The translations under genes and the position numbers were made by a program. Below are positions 41,879 to 56,020 of a DNA stretch of 64,000 bases, one piece after another. The notes below the pieces were generated by a model. It saw only the letters and a program-made list of their open reading frames with translations. It had not been told where the DNA came from and made no database searches. This stretch comes from the human T2T-CHM13v2.0 reference genome, Homo sapiens. How positions within the stretch are numbered: position 1 is the stretch's first letter; the number at the start of each line of letters is the position of its first letter. The DNA lies in the NCBI RefSeq assembly GCF_009914755.1, contig NC_060936.1; one strand, written 5' to 3'.

Positions 41879-44089
41879 TGAAAAGTGCCTTTTCGTGTCA
41901 TTTGCTCACTTTTTAGTGGGGTTGTTTATTTTTCCTTGTAATTTTGTTTAAGTTCCTTATAGATGATGGATAGTAGACCTTTTTTTGCATACATTGTTTG
42001 TAAAAATTTTCTCCCATTCTGTAGGTTGTCTGTTTATTCTGTTGATAGTTTCTTTTACTGTTCAGAAAACTCTTTAGTTTAATTAGATCACATTTGTCAA
42101 TTTTTGCTTTTGTTGCAATTGCTTTTGATGTCAACGCTTTTCAAAAGAAGACATACATTCAGCCAACAAGCATATGAGAAAAGACTCAACATCACTGATC
42201 TTTAGAGAAATCCAAATCAAAACCACAGTGAGATAACATCTCACACCAGTCAGAATGGTTATTAAAAACTTAAAAAATAACAGATGCTGATGAGGTTGTG
42301 GAGTAAAGGGAACATACACTATTAGTGGGAGTATAAATTAGTTCAACCATTATGGAAAGCAGTGTGGTGATTTCTAAAAGAGCTAAAGACAGAGCTACCA
42401 TTTGACCAAGAAATCTCATTACTGGGTATGTACCTAAAGGAATATAAATCATTCCATTATGAAGACACATGCACACATATGTTCATTGCAGAACTATTCA
42501 CAACAGCAAACTCATAACATCAATTTAAATATTCATCAATGATAGACTGTGTGAAGAAAGTGTGGTACATATACACCATGGAATACTATGCAGCCATAAA
42601 AAGAATGAGATCATGTCCTTTGCAGGAGCATGGATGGAGCTGGAGGCCATTACCCTTAGCAAATTAACGCAGCAACAGAAAACCAAATACTGCATATTCT
42701 CATTTTTAAGTGGAAGCTAAATGATGAGAACTCACAGACACAAAGAAAGGAACAACAGATATTGGTGCCTACTGGATGGTGGAGGGTGGGAGGAGGGAGA
42801 GGAGCAGAAAAAAAAAAGCTACTGGGTACCAGGCTTAATGCCTGGGTGACGAAATAATCTGTACAACATACCCCCTGTTACATAAGTGTATCTATATAAC
42901 AAGCCTGCACGTGTACCCCTAAATCTAAAATAAAAGTTTAAAAAACAGTGTATTATTTTAGTTGAACAATCTACTTAGTAATATTATAGTTCATGTTGCA
43001 TTTTATAGATCCTTTTCTTTTACACCCAGCCAAAATTAAATATACCCATTTTCTAATTACAGAATGTGTGTGTTTGTGTGTGCTGTATAAAGTTTGTTGT
43101 AAATGTCACTTTTGGTCTTTCTCACTAACTGTAATCTCTCTAGGGAAGATGAATTGTACTGTTCGTCTATTTATCTTCTGCCCTTACCACATTCACAGCC
43201 ATCTTGTGAATACTTAATAAATCATTGCTTGGCCAACTATTTTCACAGCAAATTTAGGATGACATGTAGGTGCCCTTTGTGTTTTTGGTAGCAATTAGTG
43301 TTTTTTCCAGAAACTACTCAAATAATAGGTGTTAATTTTAAAATAAATGAGGCATTTAAAAATATTTTTAGATAGAAAAATATTTCTTAAGCAGCTAACC
43401 ATGTTAACAATTAAAAATGTATATGGAGATTTGTAAAGATACAATTAGAACAGGTTGTATAATAAGTAAAAGAAGAAAAAAGAATGATTAAATAACACCA
43501 ATGTAGCTGTTAGAACAAAAGAATAAGCAAATGTTTCAACAAATTTGTACACTACTAGTTAAAAAATGAGCAGGAAAAGAGTTTTTAAAATTTTATTATA
43601 TAAAAGGTGATTTACTCCATAAGTTTGAAAAATTTCAGAGTTATGACTATTAGTTGACCATGGACCCTCTCAAACCATGCCATATTCCTTGTGCAGATTT
43701 GGAACAAATAATCCACACAATTCATAAATAGGAAGAATAGTGCATCAATACTCAAGACAAAGTGTGAACACCTGCTACCCACAGACTGATGTAAACTCTA
43801 GAAGATTTATACTTTTCACACCTCATTTCTTTCCTCCCACCCAGTCAAAAGGAAAGAAATGTGAGAGAAGTCACTGACAGACCTAATATAAGGTGGAAAG
43901 GAGAGAAATCATTGAATCACATTTGGTCATGCCGTGACAGATAAAAGAACAGGTAGCCAAATGCCCTATACCTAAAAGGAAAACAACATGCTGAAGGGCA
44001 TTCTACAATTCCCCTGGTGTTGGTTAACTGTCTTGGCACAAGGTGAGGAATGATTTACCACTGACTTCTTGGTAACTTTGCCATGAGAA

Positions 44090-44295
44090 GACAGCATTGT
44101 CTTAAGTACCAGTGCATAGATTAGATCAAGCATTGATTATGAATTTAGGTAGATCTGGGTTCAACTCGTTCAACCATTTCTACCTCTATGACACTGCTCA
44201 AGCCCCTTTTTCTCAGTTTCTTATATACTCTTATACAAATGTAGAAAACAATATGACTTCTACTTAAAAGTATGGTATATGTTAAAATAATTAGA
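44090..44295 (+). mobile_element. MIR
   Basis: AGATCTGGGTTCAA...TCTCAGTTTCTT...AAAACAATA. Confidence 0.55.
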
Positions 44296-44378
44296 TTAAT
44301 CTGTGTAGGCTTACATCAGTTTCCCAATATAGGAACAATTTAATTTAGGAACAATTAAATTTAATCTGTGTAGGCTTA

Positions 44379-44555
44379 CATCTGTTTCCCAATCTAGGAA
44401 CAATTGGCAATTTGGGTCAGATAACTGTGGCCTCTACCTGCTAGATGCTAGTGGCACCAAACCTTCCCAGTCGTGACAACCAAAAGTGTCTCTGGACAGT
44501 GCAAACTGTACCCAAAGAGGCAAAATTGCCCCCATTTCTCCATTGAGAGTCACTT
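44379..44555 (-). mobile_element. MER20 hAT-Charlie fossil, internally deleted
   Basis: TGGCCTCTACCTGCTAGATGCTAGTGGCACC...GTGACAACCAAAAGTGTCTCTGGACA...GGCAAAATTGCCCCC...TTGAGAGTCACT. Confidence 0.85.
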
Positions 44556-45676
44556 TGTTATTGTAAAGTGCTGACATCAGTGCTAGGGAAATGCAAAAGA
44601 CACATGTCAGGTGAAAAAATTGGAAAAATTTCTTTTTTTAGAAACTGACAAGCATAGTATTTTAGAATGACAGAATCATAGAGTTGTAATTTGTTATGAA
44701 TAGTCAGTACAACTTCTAATTTAATAGTGAGGGCACTTATACCTGGAGACCACAGATGTTATCTAAGATGCTTAATTCTTAGTTTCTTCTTTTGAAAAAT
44801 TAGGCAGATGGGCTGGATTTTATCTATTTTTTTGAAAATTTATAATTTAAAAGGTAAGTTAGAGGAAAAATTGGAATCACTCAGCAATGGAAATGTTTTA
44901 CTTAGCCTTGTTTTGGGAACATACAGACTGTCTGAATGGACATCTTAACGAAATGTTCTAAAAGGCATTTCCACATTAGATAAAAAGAGTAAACATCTGT
45001 AACAACTATAACTTCATGCATCTAATAACATTTATTTCATTTCTTACATACACAATTGTGAAGCAAAGTTGTTGCCTACCAGCCACTTGCTTATAAAGAT
45101 GTTGAGTCTCTTTGCTGACTTCAGCCAAGCTGATGGCATCTTTTACTTGACAGATTGCTTGCCATGACTCACTCAGCACTTCTATAAGTTCAATAAATAC
45201 AACCAAGTGAAAATTGCAAAGAAAGAAAGTATACGTATGTTCTCCAGATGGAATTCTGCTACTATAGAATCGCTAATATAGTCCAGGCGCAGGCAATTTA
45301 ATCTGGAAGACACCCAGACAATACGGAAACACTGACTCTGTTAACAGGTAGAATCAGCTCAGAATCTCTGAGACCATACCACACACAGAAAGTTTCTTAA
45401 CAGAAATCATTGATTTTATTACTGTGTTCTTAGAGATTATAATATCATGAGTACTATTAATAGTTTTCTTGCCAATGTTGTTTTCAGCAAAGTTCTATGA
45501 TCTACCACAATTAAACAATGGGGAACTTACTAAGTAGCTACCATAAAGCCGTCAATATCCAATTTATTAATAGTCTCAAGTGTCATTCATTCGGTCAAAT
45601 ATTTACTTATTGACTATAGCTTTTTGCTCTTTTGTGTATAAATTTTCCTTTTAATTAATTTGACAGTCTCACAATC

Positions 45677-45688
45677 AGATAGATAGAT

Positions 45689-45735
<47 letters not shown>
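45677..45735. repeat. (AGAT)3 GAT (AGAT)11 tetranucleotide STR
   Basis: Counted directly. Confidence 0.97.
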
Positions 45736-47189
45736 GTAGTAATGTATAAGTACAGACATTATATAGATCAATATAGATATCTGTACTTATAAATATTTCT
45801 TTTTAGGCAGATATTTAGGTAGATAGATATTTGAAAAGAAGTGAAGAGGTGACAGAGATAACAGAGAAATATATTTTGGAAAATTTTTAAAACATTGGTA
45901 GTTTTGTTCTGTTGTAAATAATGAGAGCTATTCAGCAATAGAAGATGTCATGAAAATTAACGAGCTGCCCACTAAAGAAACACTCAAGCAAGATGAATTG
46001 CTCCAAGATGTGATTAAAGGAATGGTTAAGAAAAACTGGACTTTCAATATCCTTCGGTGAAATCCAGCTAATGAGAAACAACCCAAAGAGTGAGGTTTGC
46101 TTTGGTGAGTACATGTAGATTATTGATACTTCTTACCTTTGACCACACCGATGAAAGTTTTCTGGATTTATGACAAAATAGTAGAGAAGAAGCATGTAAC
46201 TTTGATTTTTTAATTCATCCTATATCTGGTTTTGCAGCATCACAATGTATTAATTTTTCTTTTGGTTAATTCATTAAAATAGTTTCCATTTTCCATAAGA
46301 CTAAGCAGCCTCACACATCTTCTAATATAGTGACCTTTCCACAATTCTTTTGTATAATAAATCCTTAACCTCTCTCAAATTTCCCCAGTGCAAATCAAAA
46401 CAAAAGCAAATTTTAACCTAATACATGCATTCATGAATACTTCAACCTGTTTCAATAAAATGTGTGCTCACAATATAAACAGGATTAATATATGGAAATC
46501 CCCTATAAAAAATAAGAAGGGAAGCTGTCAAATTCCTTGACCCATAGGAAAAACTTTCAGCCCTTTCTTCTATGTTCTGTGGTCACTCATTGAAAACTAT
46601 TCCCGCATGTAAATATCACCATTTGAATACACTTAATAGAGTAGCACAAAACCACCTACTGGGTAATCCACATGAAAACTCTGTGGGATGGTTAAATATT
46701 TCTAGAGTTGTCATGAAGAAGCTGAGGCAGACAAAAAATCAATGCCAGAGCAAAATTGTACCTTTATGGTTTTGTGTTTATGAATGTGTTCAGAAAAAAT
46801 CCTCTGATTTTCCTAATATAATTATTTGTATTCATAAACATAATTTATATGCCAGTCACACTGCACATACATCTCATGCATTCTTCCTAAAATAAAACTA
46901 AAAAAACGCATATTATTGATATTTTAAATGAATGGAAGTTAAGTCACTTAGCCAGTGTAGAGTAGGATTTTGAACTCTTAAACTACAGTTTCAGGTTCTT
47001 TCTAAAATACTAGATGCAGTTTGTTGTATATTGCAAAAACATGTTTTTGTGCAGAGGTATTATATATAGTATAGCAAAGCATAAATGCTTGATAACGTTT
47101 TTAAAATTTAGCTCAATACATTTTCCATAGCGGAATAACTTACACATACATACATTTATGTTACTTTTTCTTTGCATAGTAGAAATAGA

Positions 47190-47503
47190 AAGATGTGGAG
47201 ATCCGGCGCAGTGGCTCACGCCTGTAATCCCAGCACTTTGGGAGGCTGAGGCGGGCGGATCACAAGGTCAGGAAATCGAGACCATCCTGGTTAACACGGT
47301 GAAACCCAGTCTCTACTAAAAATACGAAAAATTAGCCAGGCGTGGTGGCGGGCGCCTGTAGTCCCAGCTACTCAGGATGCTGAGGCAGGAGGATGGCGTG
47401 AACCCGGGAGGCAGAACTTGCAGTGAGCCGAGATCGCACCACTGCACTCCAGCCTGGGCAACAGAGCTAGACTCCGTCTCAAAAAAAAAAAAAAAAAAAA
47501 AAA
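47190..47503 (+). mobile_element. AluY
   Basis: ATCGAGACCATCCTGGTTAACACGGTGAAACCC and ATGGCGTGAACCCGGG, followed by a poly-A tail. Confidence 0.95.
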
Positions 47504-48161
47504 TTATTTCTCTTTTTAGTGCTATTTCTGTCCTTCACTGAGGAGATATGCACCTGCTCTATATTTCTGTATCATAATCAGCTGCTTTCACAGCAGGTGT
47601 CTAGCTCACATAGTTCTTCAGCATGCATTGGGAGAAATGGGAATATTTTAGAAATATTTGTAAATTACAAAAAATTATAGTTAAAAAATTCAATAATTAA
47701 TAATTGAATCAATGAGAATAATACTATCTTCTTGACCTTGCTTTATTAGTTTTACAAGCAAGTTTTTTCTTTAAAAAGACTCTTAGGGCTCATAAATCTC
47801 TAAGTTTCATTATTTTATGTTCAAGGCAAAAAATGGGGGTGAGCTTGCTGGCAGAAACAAAATATTACATCTGAGCTGGATTTCAGATAAAAATGTGCAA
47901 GTTCTTACAAGAAGAAAAATCAAACAAAAAGAGATGCCAAAGGTTGTTTGCTTAGCATTAAAAATATGAACAATTTTTCAGGAGAAATGTAGTTACTGTA
48001 TCTTACAAATCCAAGCAATTGTGTTCAATTGCCATTTCATACTATAACATTTTATTATATATGGGGAATATTTATTTATAATTTATATTTATTTAACACT
48101 CTATAATTTCTATTGGAGGCTTCCAGTTAACTTTGGAAAGTACTATGTGTGAAACAACACT

Positions 48162-48200
48162 TTATATATATATATATATGTATATATATATGTGTGTGTG

Positions 48201-48236
<36 letters not shown>

Positions 48237-48240
48237 GAGA
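48162..48240. repeat. (TA)n(TG)n(TA)n(CA)n compound microsatellite
   Basis: Seen directly in the sequence. Confidence 0.92.
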
Positions 48241-48749
48241 TACTGCCACAGATAAGGATGACTTTGGGTTGATTTTGTTTTTCATTGTTTTAGTTTTCAC
48301 CAGCTAAATCGTTATGCAATCTCTCAATATTATCTATTTTTCCATTTTTTGTATGTTAAATTAAGGAAATTGGGACTAAAAGAATCAATTACCATGGCAT
48401 TTGTGTATTTTAACCATCTTTAAAACTAGAGGCCATGCTACTAATGAATCTGAAGGTAAGTAGAAGCCCCATTCCTTCCTGGTTCAAGGCTCAATAGTAA
48501 TACAGAACAAAAATGCTGATGCTACCATCTGGAGCAGCAGCATAACAGGTGAGCTCAGTCACCTAAAACTATGACCCACTCTCAAATTAATTCATACCTG
48601 GTGAAATGTGAATAATCACCTCCTCACTTTAACCAGCAGATATAAGAGGGAACATGCTTTTTTTTTTCAACAGCAAAAAAACAAAGCAAAACAGTAGTAC
48701 ATATTAATTTCCACTGTTATTCTATTTATCATTTCTTCCATACATTACA

Positions 48750-49330
48750 AACTTAAAAGAGATATTAAAAAGCAAGAAAATAAAACTCAGAGTCAAAACA
48801 AGTGCATTCCAAAACACTGATGACCCAGGTATTGGAATTAGAAAATTATAACCCAAAGTAAAAGATGGAAATTATAAACAGATGAGGAATATCTGAAGGA
48901 AACTGAAGACTATAAAAATAAATCAAATTGAAATCCTGGAACTGAATAATTCTAGACTAAGGATTTATAAACTTAGTTATCAACGACATAAAGTATAATA
49001 TATATTAAATTATAGAACAAGTAGAAAAGAGAAAATAGAGCAAAAAATTTATGTATGAAGGAAAAATGGTAGAAATGAATCTCTATATCCCAGGGTATCA
49101 GAAAATTTCAAGCAGAATAAATATGATAAAATGACACCTAAATCAAATACAAATAGGAAAATTCTGAAAGCTGCCAGAGCTAAAAGACACATAACATGAA
49201 TTCAACAATGATAAGAATGGCACCAGAATTCTTGTCACAAATAATGCAAATTGGAAGACATGCCTTAGCATTGTAAAGTGGCATGAAGAAAAAAAAATAA
49301 AAACCTGCTCAGCTTAGAATTCTTAACCCT
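48750..49330 (+). mobile_element. Ancient L1M ORF1-region fragment
   Basis: AATCAAATTGAAATCCTGGAACTGAA, TCAAGCAGAATAAAT...ACACCTA and AATTCTGAAAGCTGCCAGAG...TAGAATTC are ORF1-like motifs. Confidence 0.6.
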
Positions 49331-52300
49331 GTACTTTAAGATAAGAAGATAAGATTATGTCTTACTAATAGATTTATCCCTTTTATCATTATGAAATGTC
49401 TCTCTTTTCCTCTAGTAATTATCTTTACCCTAAAGTCTATCAGTGATTAATACAGGAACTTTTTAAATTTAGTGTCTCAATGGTATATCTGTTTCCGTGA
49501 CTTTACTTTGAACCATCCACGTTGTTGAATATAAGGTGAGTTTCTCAAATTCATACAGTTGAATCAAGTTTTTTAAATCAATTCTGTTCATTTTTCTAAT
49601 TGTTGTATTTGGACCAAATGACAGATATTAATGTTTAGATATATTTGTATTAGTTATTTCTGTTATTTGGCAGATAAAAGAAATTATATTCAAAGAAATT
49701 CAGTGATTTATCCCAAATTCTATAGACAGGATATAAAAAAATTGGAATATATTCTTAAATTCTGAAACCAAGTAAAATAATTTATAGTTTATTATTCAGA
49801 ACCTCCACATTATGTTTAACACGAGTATAAATAGACATTTGTATGAATGTAATCAATTCTAAGAATTCTAGAAAAGGTACAGTTAATATACAATTGTTCT
49901 CATGCTAGAATGTAACAGTTATTTAAAAGATTAGAATACTATTTTTGTGCCCTCATCAGTATGTAAAATTTAATCTTTTTGTATAATTCCAGATATTACC
50001 TCTACATCAGTCTTAAAGAAGCTGATATATTATTTGAGTCCTAACAATTTTTAATGTTGTATACCTTCGTATTTCTGGAAATTATTCTTTTAGGATGTAG
50101 GTGATTTTTTTCACATCTCCTGAAGCAGGCCACTGTCATTTTAATACCTATTTCAAAGATACACATTTATCATTATTTTAATTAATTTTTGAGAACTGTG
50201 GTATTTACAATAAGGCTTTCAAAACCAACTATAATCTTTTAACATTAGCTTGCAGGTTTTACTGCCACAAGTGACAGCATATTTTAGATATATAATTGAA
50301 ATGACTCTACACTCATACAAACACAGGGAAGTACAGAAATAGTGAGTGGCTGGATAACCCAAAAACATTTTTTTCCACATGCTTGACACACTCTCTTGTG
50401 TTTTAAAGGCTTGAATGCAGCCAGGGAGTTCTACATGCACCAGGAGTTTTGTCAATATTCCTCCGGTTAGGTTTCTGGGCTGTTGCCAAGCTATAAAATA
50501 GCTTAACATGAGTGAAGTGATGAAGTCACTCACAGGGAATAGCCCCATTATCTTCCTTCCTTGAAATGAGTGGTTGTAAAATCAGTCAAATAATTCAGAT
50601 GGAGAAGGTTGTTTCTGTCTTCAAGACGTAACCAGGTAGTCTGACTCCTGGGGATGTTAGCCATTTGTATTTGCAATTACACGTAATTAATGGAACTTTC
50701 AGTTTCCTAGTACTTGGATGTTTTGAGTTAAGAAAAAGCAGGGGCCATAAAAAAATAGAGTATAAAAATTGTTATCTTAAAAAATTATCTAAAGTTAATG
50801 TTTGTTAAATTCTGCTTTTGAAATTTTATCCATGAATATACTAGTAATTACTATACAATTTCTCTTTAAGTTTGATCCATTCATTAAAAAAAATAGTACT
50901 TTTTATATCTCCATGCAATTTTTGGAACCGATGCAGAATGTTTTTAAGTAGATCATTTTATTATGAATTAAAGTATTTGTTAGCACAGCTGATATTACGA
51001 CTACTACAAGTACATTGAAGTGTATTCAATATGGGACATTATTTGAAACAATTAATGGCATTACCCTTATATCTCTATAAGCAAAGAGATTTGAACCATT
51101 TCCTCAATGCACAGTCTAATTCCATCATTTACAGAAAGGTACAACCATTTTCATGTGAAAGGTCACCATAGAAAAACTTCTATTAAATATTGTGAATGTC
51201 AATGTCATTTAAGTCAGTTAGGATATTGCAGACTTTAAGTGGCCCTTATACTTCTGTGCTAAAATATCTTTCTGACTCATTCAGATTCATAAGTGTGCTA
51301 TGCTTATCCATGCCAATTCATAAGTTAATCCAACTATTGTTATAGTAATTAGGCTTATAGTTAATATTTATTTTATAGTGTTAGAAATGCAAAGCCTTTA
51401 GCCACATAAGGGAAAAATGTCCTAAATGTCATTTAACAATGACACAGTTAGAGTAATTACATAGCAACTTACTGCATAAAACTTAAGAAAAATTATCAAA
51501 TTTGTTCCGACAGCTAGATTCATATTTCAGTTTTCCAAATAAAAGGTACCATGTTCTTCTCATTCTGTACTTAGTCAACAAATATAATTACATCCTGTAC
51601 CTTTGAAGGATAATCTCTGTGAATCCACTCACAGCTTACATTTGTCTTTTCTGATGCCCCTGAGCTTTTTTCCCCCATCTCAGATTTCAAAAGGGCATAA
51701 TGGACATTTACTTTCTAACTCTTGAGGAAGTTCTTCACAGCTCTGTTTGCCTGCCGTCTTCTCAAAATGCTTAAAGAATTTAGGACTGAAAAATCATTCT
51801 GTCTTATCATGCCCTCCAAAATCTTTTTACACAAGCTGCAGTTGGTCAAAAAAAGTTGGATGAATTGATATGAAAAGACTTATTAAAATGACTTTTCTGA
51901 GAGTCAAGAAAACAATTAGTAAAACAAGGTAATTGTCTAATTTAATTTCATCCTTTAGTAAGAGTCCCTCATTAGAATGTTTTTGAATAATTCCCAAAGA
52001 GTGTTGGCAATAAACCACTTCTATTAATTATACAGTGCTTATCAAGAAAGACTGAAAGCCAGTGTGTCCCCAAAGAAGCACATGATTAAACTGAGCCCTG
52101 CCATGTCTAATTATGATTATTACAACAACCACGTTGAAAGAATTGATTTCAATATTGTTAGTCCCATTGAACTGAGGGGGATATTTTAAATAAACTGTAC
52201 TAATTAATACCATTGTGTAGAATTATAGTTAATAAATATTTTGAGATATCATCATGCTAATTATTTTAGCGCTTGAGAGGAATCCCAATAATGTACCAGA

Positions 52301-52654
52301 GGGCAGATAAATAAGAAGATAATTTTTAAAAAAGAATGAAGGCTTGCATTATAACAAAATACTATGCTTACATGAGAGAACCTAGCTTTTGTCTTTAAAA
52401 CCTTTTATCCTAAGATGAGGCTACTCAAAAAAATTTTTCATTCATTTATTTCCTCCTTTCCTTCTCTTTCTTTTTCTTCTTGTCTCTGGCTTATTTTATG
52501 TTTGTGTATGTGTATGTATAATGTTAGATCACAAATTATAGTATTTATTGATTCATCTTGAAATTGCTAGTTTGTCTACATACAAACACCTAGATGAACA
52601 ATTCATACAATAGGTAATTCATGACTACAATACAATTCATGAGTAGGTGAGGCT

Positions 52655-55600
52655 CTAGCCAAAATAGCTAAGAAAAAAAAGAAGACATGAATTGCTAATA
52701 TCAGCAACAGGAGTGGACATCACTAGAAATCTCACAAATATTATAAAGACAATAAAGAAATATTATGAACAAGTCTTATTCCCACTAATTTGGCAACCTA
52801 GGTAAAATGGACCAATACCTTGAAAGAAAAAAACTGCCAAACTCACACAAAAAGAAATATACATTCTGAATAGGCCTATACATATTTAAGAAATTAAATA
52901 GACAATTAATAGCCTTCCAAAACAGAATGCAACAGACACAGATGGGTTCACTGGTGAATTCTACCAAAAATTTAAGGAAGATATGGTATCAAGTTTTATC
53001 TACAAACTCTTCCAGAAGATAGAAACTGAGGGAATACTTCCTAACTCATTCTATGATGCCTGTATTACCCTTATTCCAAAACTTCACAAAGACATTAAAA
53101 GAAAGGTGAACTATGAAGTAATGTTTCTCACAAACATACATGCAAACATACTTAACAAAATATTAGCAAATAAAATATAATAATGTGTAAAAAGAATTAT
53201 ACATTATAAACAAGTAGAATTTATTCAGATATGATTCATCATTCAAAAAGCAGTTGAAATAATTTGTCACATGAATAGGCTAAAGAATAAAATTCACATG
53301 ATGACATTAATAAATATAGAAAAAGATTTGACATAATTCAAAACCTACTCATGATAAAAACTCTCAGTTAAATAGGAGAAGAGGGGAAGTTCCTCAACAT
53401 GATAAAAATATCTACCAAAAACCTACAGTGAAGACGAACTAGAAGATTTCCTACTAAGATTAGGAATAAGGCAAGGAAGGCAAGGACATCTCCTTTAACC
53501 ACTCCTTTTTGACATCATACTGGAAGTCCAAATAATGCAAAGTACAAGTAAAGGGGAAATAGGGTATACTAATTGGAAAGATAGAAATAAAACTCTTTGT
53601 TGGCAAATGGCATGATCATCTATGTAGAGAATCTGGAACCAATAATCAGTTAAATCAAGGTTGCAGGATACAGGGTTAATACATAAAAGTCAATCATTTT
53701 TTCCTGTATACCAGCAATGAACAGGTGAAATTTGAAGTTAAAAACAAAATACCACTTAAACTCTTATAAAAATGAAATACTTATGTATGAATCTATCAAA
53801 TATGTACAAGATCTATATGAGAGAAACTACAAAACTAAATAAATGGAGAGATATTCCATGTTCACAGCCAGGAAGATTCAATATTGCCAAAGTGTAAGTT
53901 CTTTGCTGCTTGATCTACATATTCAATCCAATCTCAATCAAAATCGCAGCAAGTTATTTTGTAGATAGCCACAAATTGATTGTAAAGCTTATGTAGAGAC
54001 TAAAAGACTAGAATACCCAATATAACATTGAAGGAGGTGAAAAAGTTGGAGGACACACACTACCTAATTCAAGATTTAATATAAAGCTACAGTAATCCTG
54101 AAAGTATGATTTTGGTGAAAGAATAAACAAATAGATCAATGGAACAGAATATCAAGCCCAGAAATCCACTCATGCAAATATCGTCAGCTGACCTTTGACA
54201 AAGTAACAGAAGCAATACAATGGGAACAAATACACGTTTTTGTTTGTTTGTTTGTTTGTTTTTTAACAAATGGAATAACTGGACATCCATACAAAAAAAA
54301 ACTAGACACAGATTTTACAACCTTCACAAAAATTAACTACAAATAAATCACAAACCTAAATTGAAATTAAGAACTATACAACTCTTAGAAAATAACAAAG
54401 GAGAAAATCTAGATTACCTTGGATTTGGCAATGACTTTTCAAACATACCAAAGGCACAATCCTTGAAAACAAGAATCGATAAGCTAGACTTAATTAAATA
54501 TAAAATGTTTTACTTTGCAAAGGACATTGCCAATAGAATAAGAAAACAAGCCACAGACTGGGAAAAATATTTGCAAAAGAGATATCTGATAAATGACTGC
54601 TATCTAAAATATACAAAGAACTCTTAAAAATCAAAAGTAAGAAAACAACTCAATTTTGTAAATGGTGAAAAGACCTTAACAGACACCTCACCAATGAAGT
54701 TACATAGCACACAAGCGCTTGAATAGATGTCTCATATCATATGTCATCAGGTTAAAACAAATTAAAACAATAGGATACCATTACATACCTATTAGAATTG
54801 CTAAAATTCAGAACACTGACAATATCGAATGCCGGTAAGAGTGCGGAGAAACAAGAACTCATCTTAATTGCAAAATGGTGCAGACACCTTGGAAGATAGT
54901 TTGGCTATTTCTTAAAAGGTAAACATACTTTTACGATACAATCCAAGAATTATTCTCTTTTGCATTTCATCAACCAACAATTGAAAATTTATCTCTACAC
55001 AGAAACCTTCACGGTCCTGTTAACAGTAGCTTTATTCATAATTGTCCAAAGTTGGAAACAACCAAGATGTACTTTAGTAGGTAATATGGTTAGGCTTTGT
55101 TTCCTCACTCAAATCTCATCTTGAATTGTAATCCCTGTAATTGCCATGTGTCAAGGAAGAGACCAAGTAGAGGTAATTGAATCATGGGGGTGGTTTCCCC
55201 CATGCTGTTCTCATGATAGTGAGTGAGTTTTCACAAGATCTGATGTTTTTATAAGGGGCTCTTGCCCCTTCGCTCGGCACTTCTCCTTCCTGCTTCCTTG
55301 TGAAGAAGATGGCTTGCTTCCCCTTTGCCTTCTGCCATGACTGTAAGTTTCCTGAGGCCGCTCTAGCCATGCTGAACTGAGTCAATTAAACCTCTTTCCT
55401 TTATAAATTACTCAGTCTCAGGCAGTTCTTCATAGCAATATGAAAATGGACTAACACAATAGGTTAATGGATAAACTATACATACAGACAATGGAATATT
55501 ATTCAGTGCTAAAAAAAATGAACTATCAAGCCATGAAAATACATAGAGGAAAATTAAATTCATATTACTAAGTGAAATAAGCCAACCTGTAAAGGCTACA

Positions 55601-56020
55601 TACTGTAAGATTCCAACTATATGACATCCTGTAAAAGGCAAAAGTGTAAAGACAGTAAAAATATTAGTGATTTCCAAGAGTCAGGGGTGGAAACAATGAT
55701 AGGTAGTGCCCAGAGGTTTCTAAAGCAGCGAAAATATTCTGTATAAATCTATAATGGTGGATATGTATCATAAATGTCTCCAAAATGATAGAATGTACTA
55801 CACCAAGAGTAAACACTGATGTAAACTATAAATTTTGAGTGATCATGTGTCAATGTAAGTTTACCAGTTGTAACAATTGTACCACTCTGGTGGGGAATAT
55901 CAATAATTGAGGTTATGCATGTGTGGGGTAGGGGAAATATGGGATGGGGTATTCTTTGTACCTTTTTCTCAGTTTGCTGTGAACCTAAAATTGCTTTAAA
56001 AGATAAAGTCTTAAAAAATC
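52655..56020 (+). mobile_element. L1MC-like ORF2 plus 3'UTR (~3 kb), interrupted by THE1D
   Basis: ORF 52983-53180 [26 protein letters not shown]...[10 protein letters not shown] is L1 ORF2. The 3' end reads TTTGCTGTGAACCTAAAATTGCTTTAAAAGATAAAGTC. Confidence 0.9.
55082..55458 (+). mobile_element. THE1D solo LTR
   Basis: TAATATGGTTAGGCTTTGT...GTGTCAAGGAAGAGACC...GGACTAACACA, with a 5-bp TSD GTAGG/ATAGG. Confidence 0.92.
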
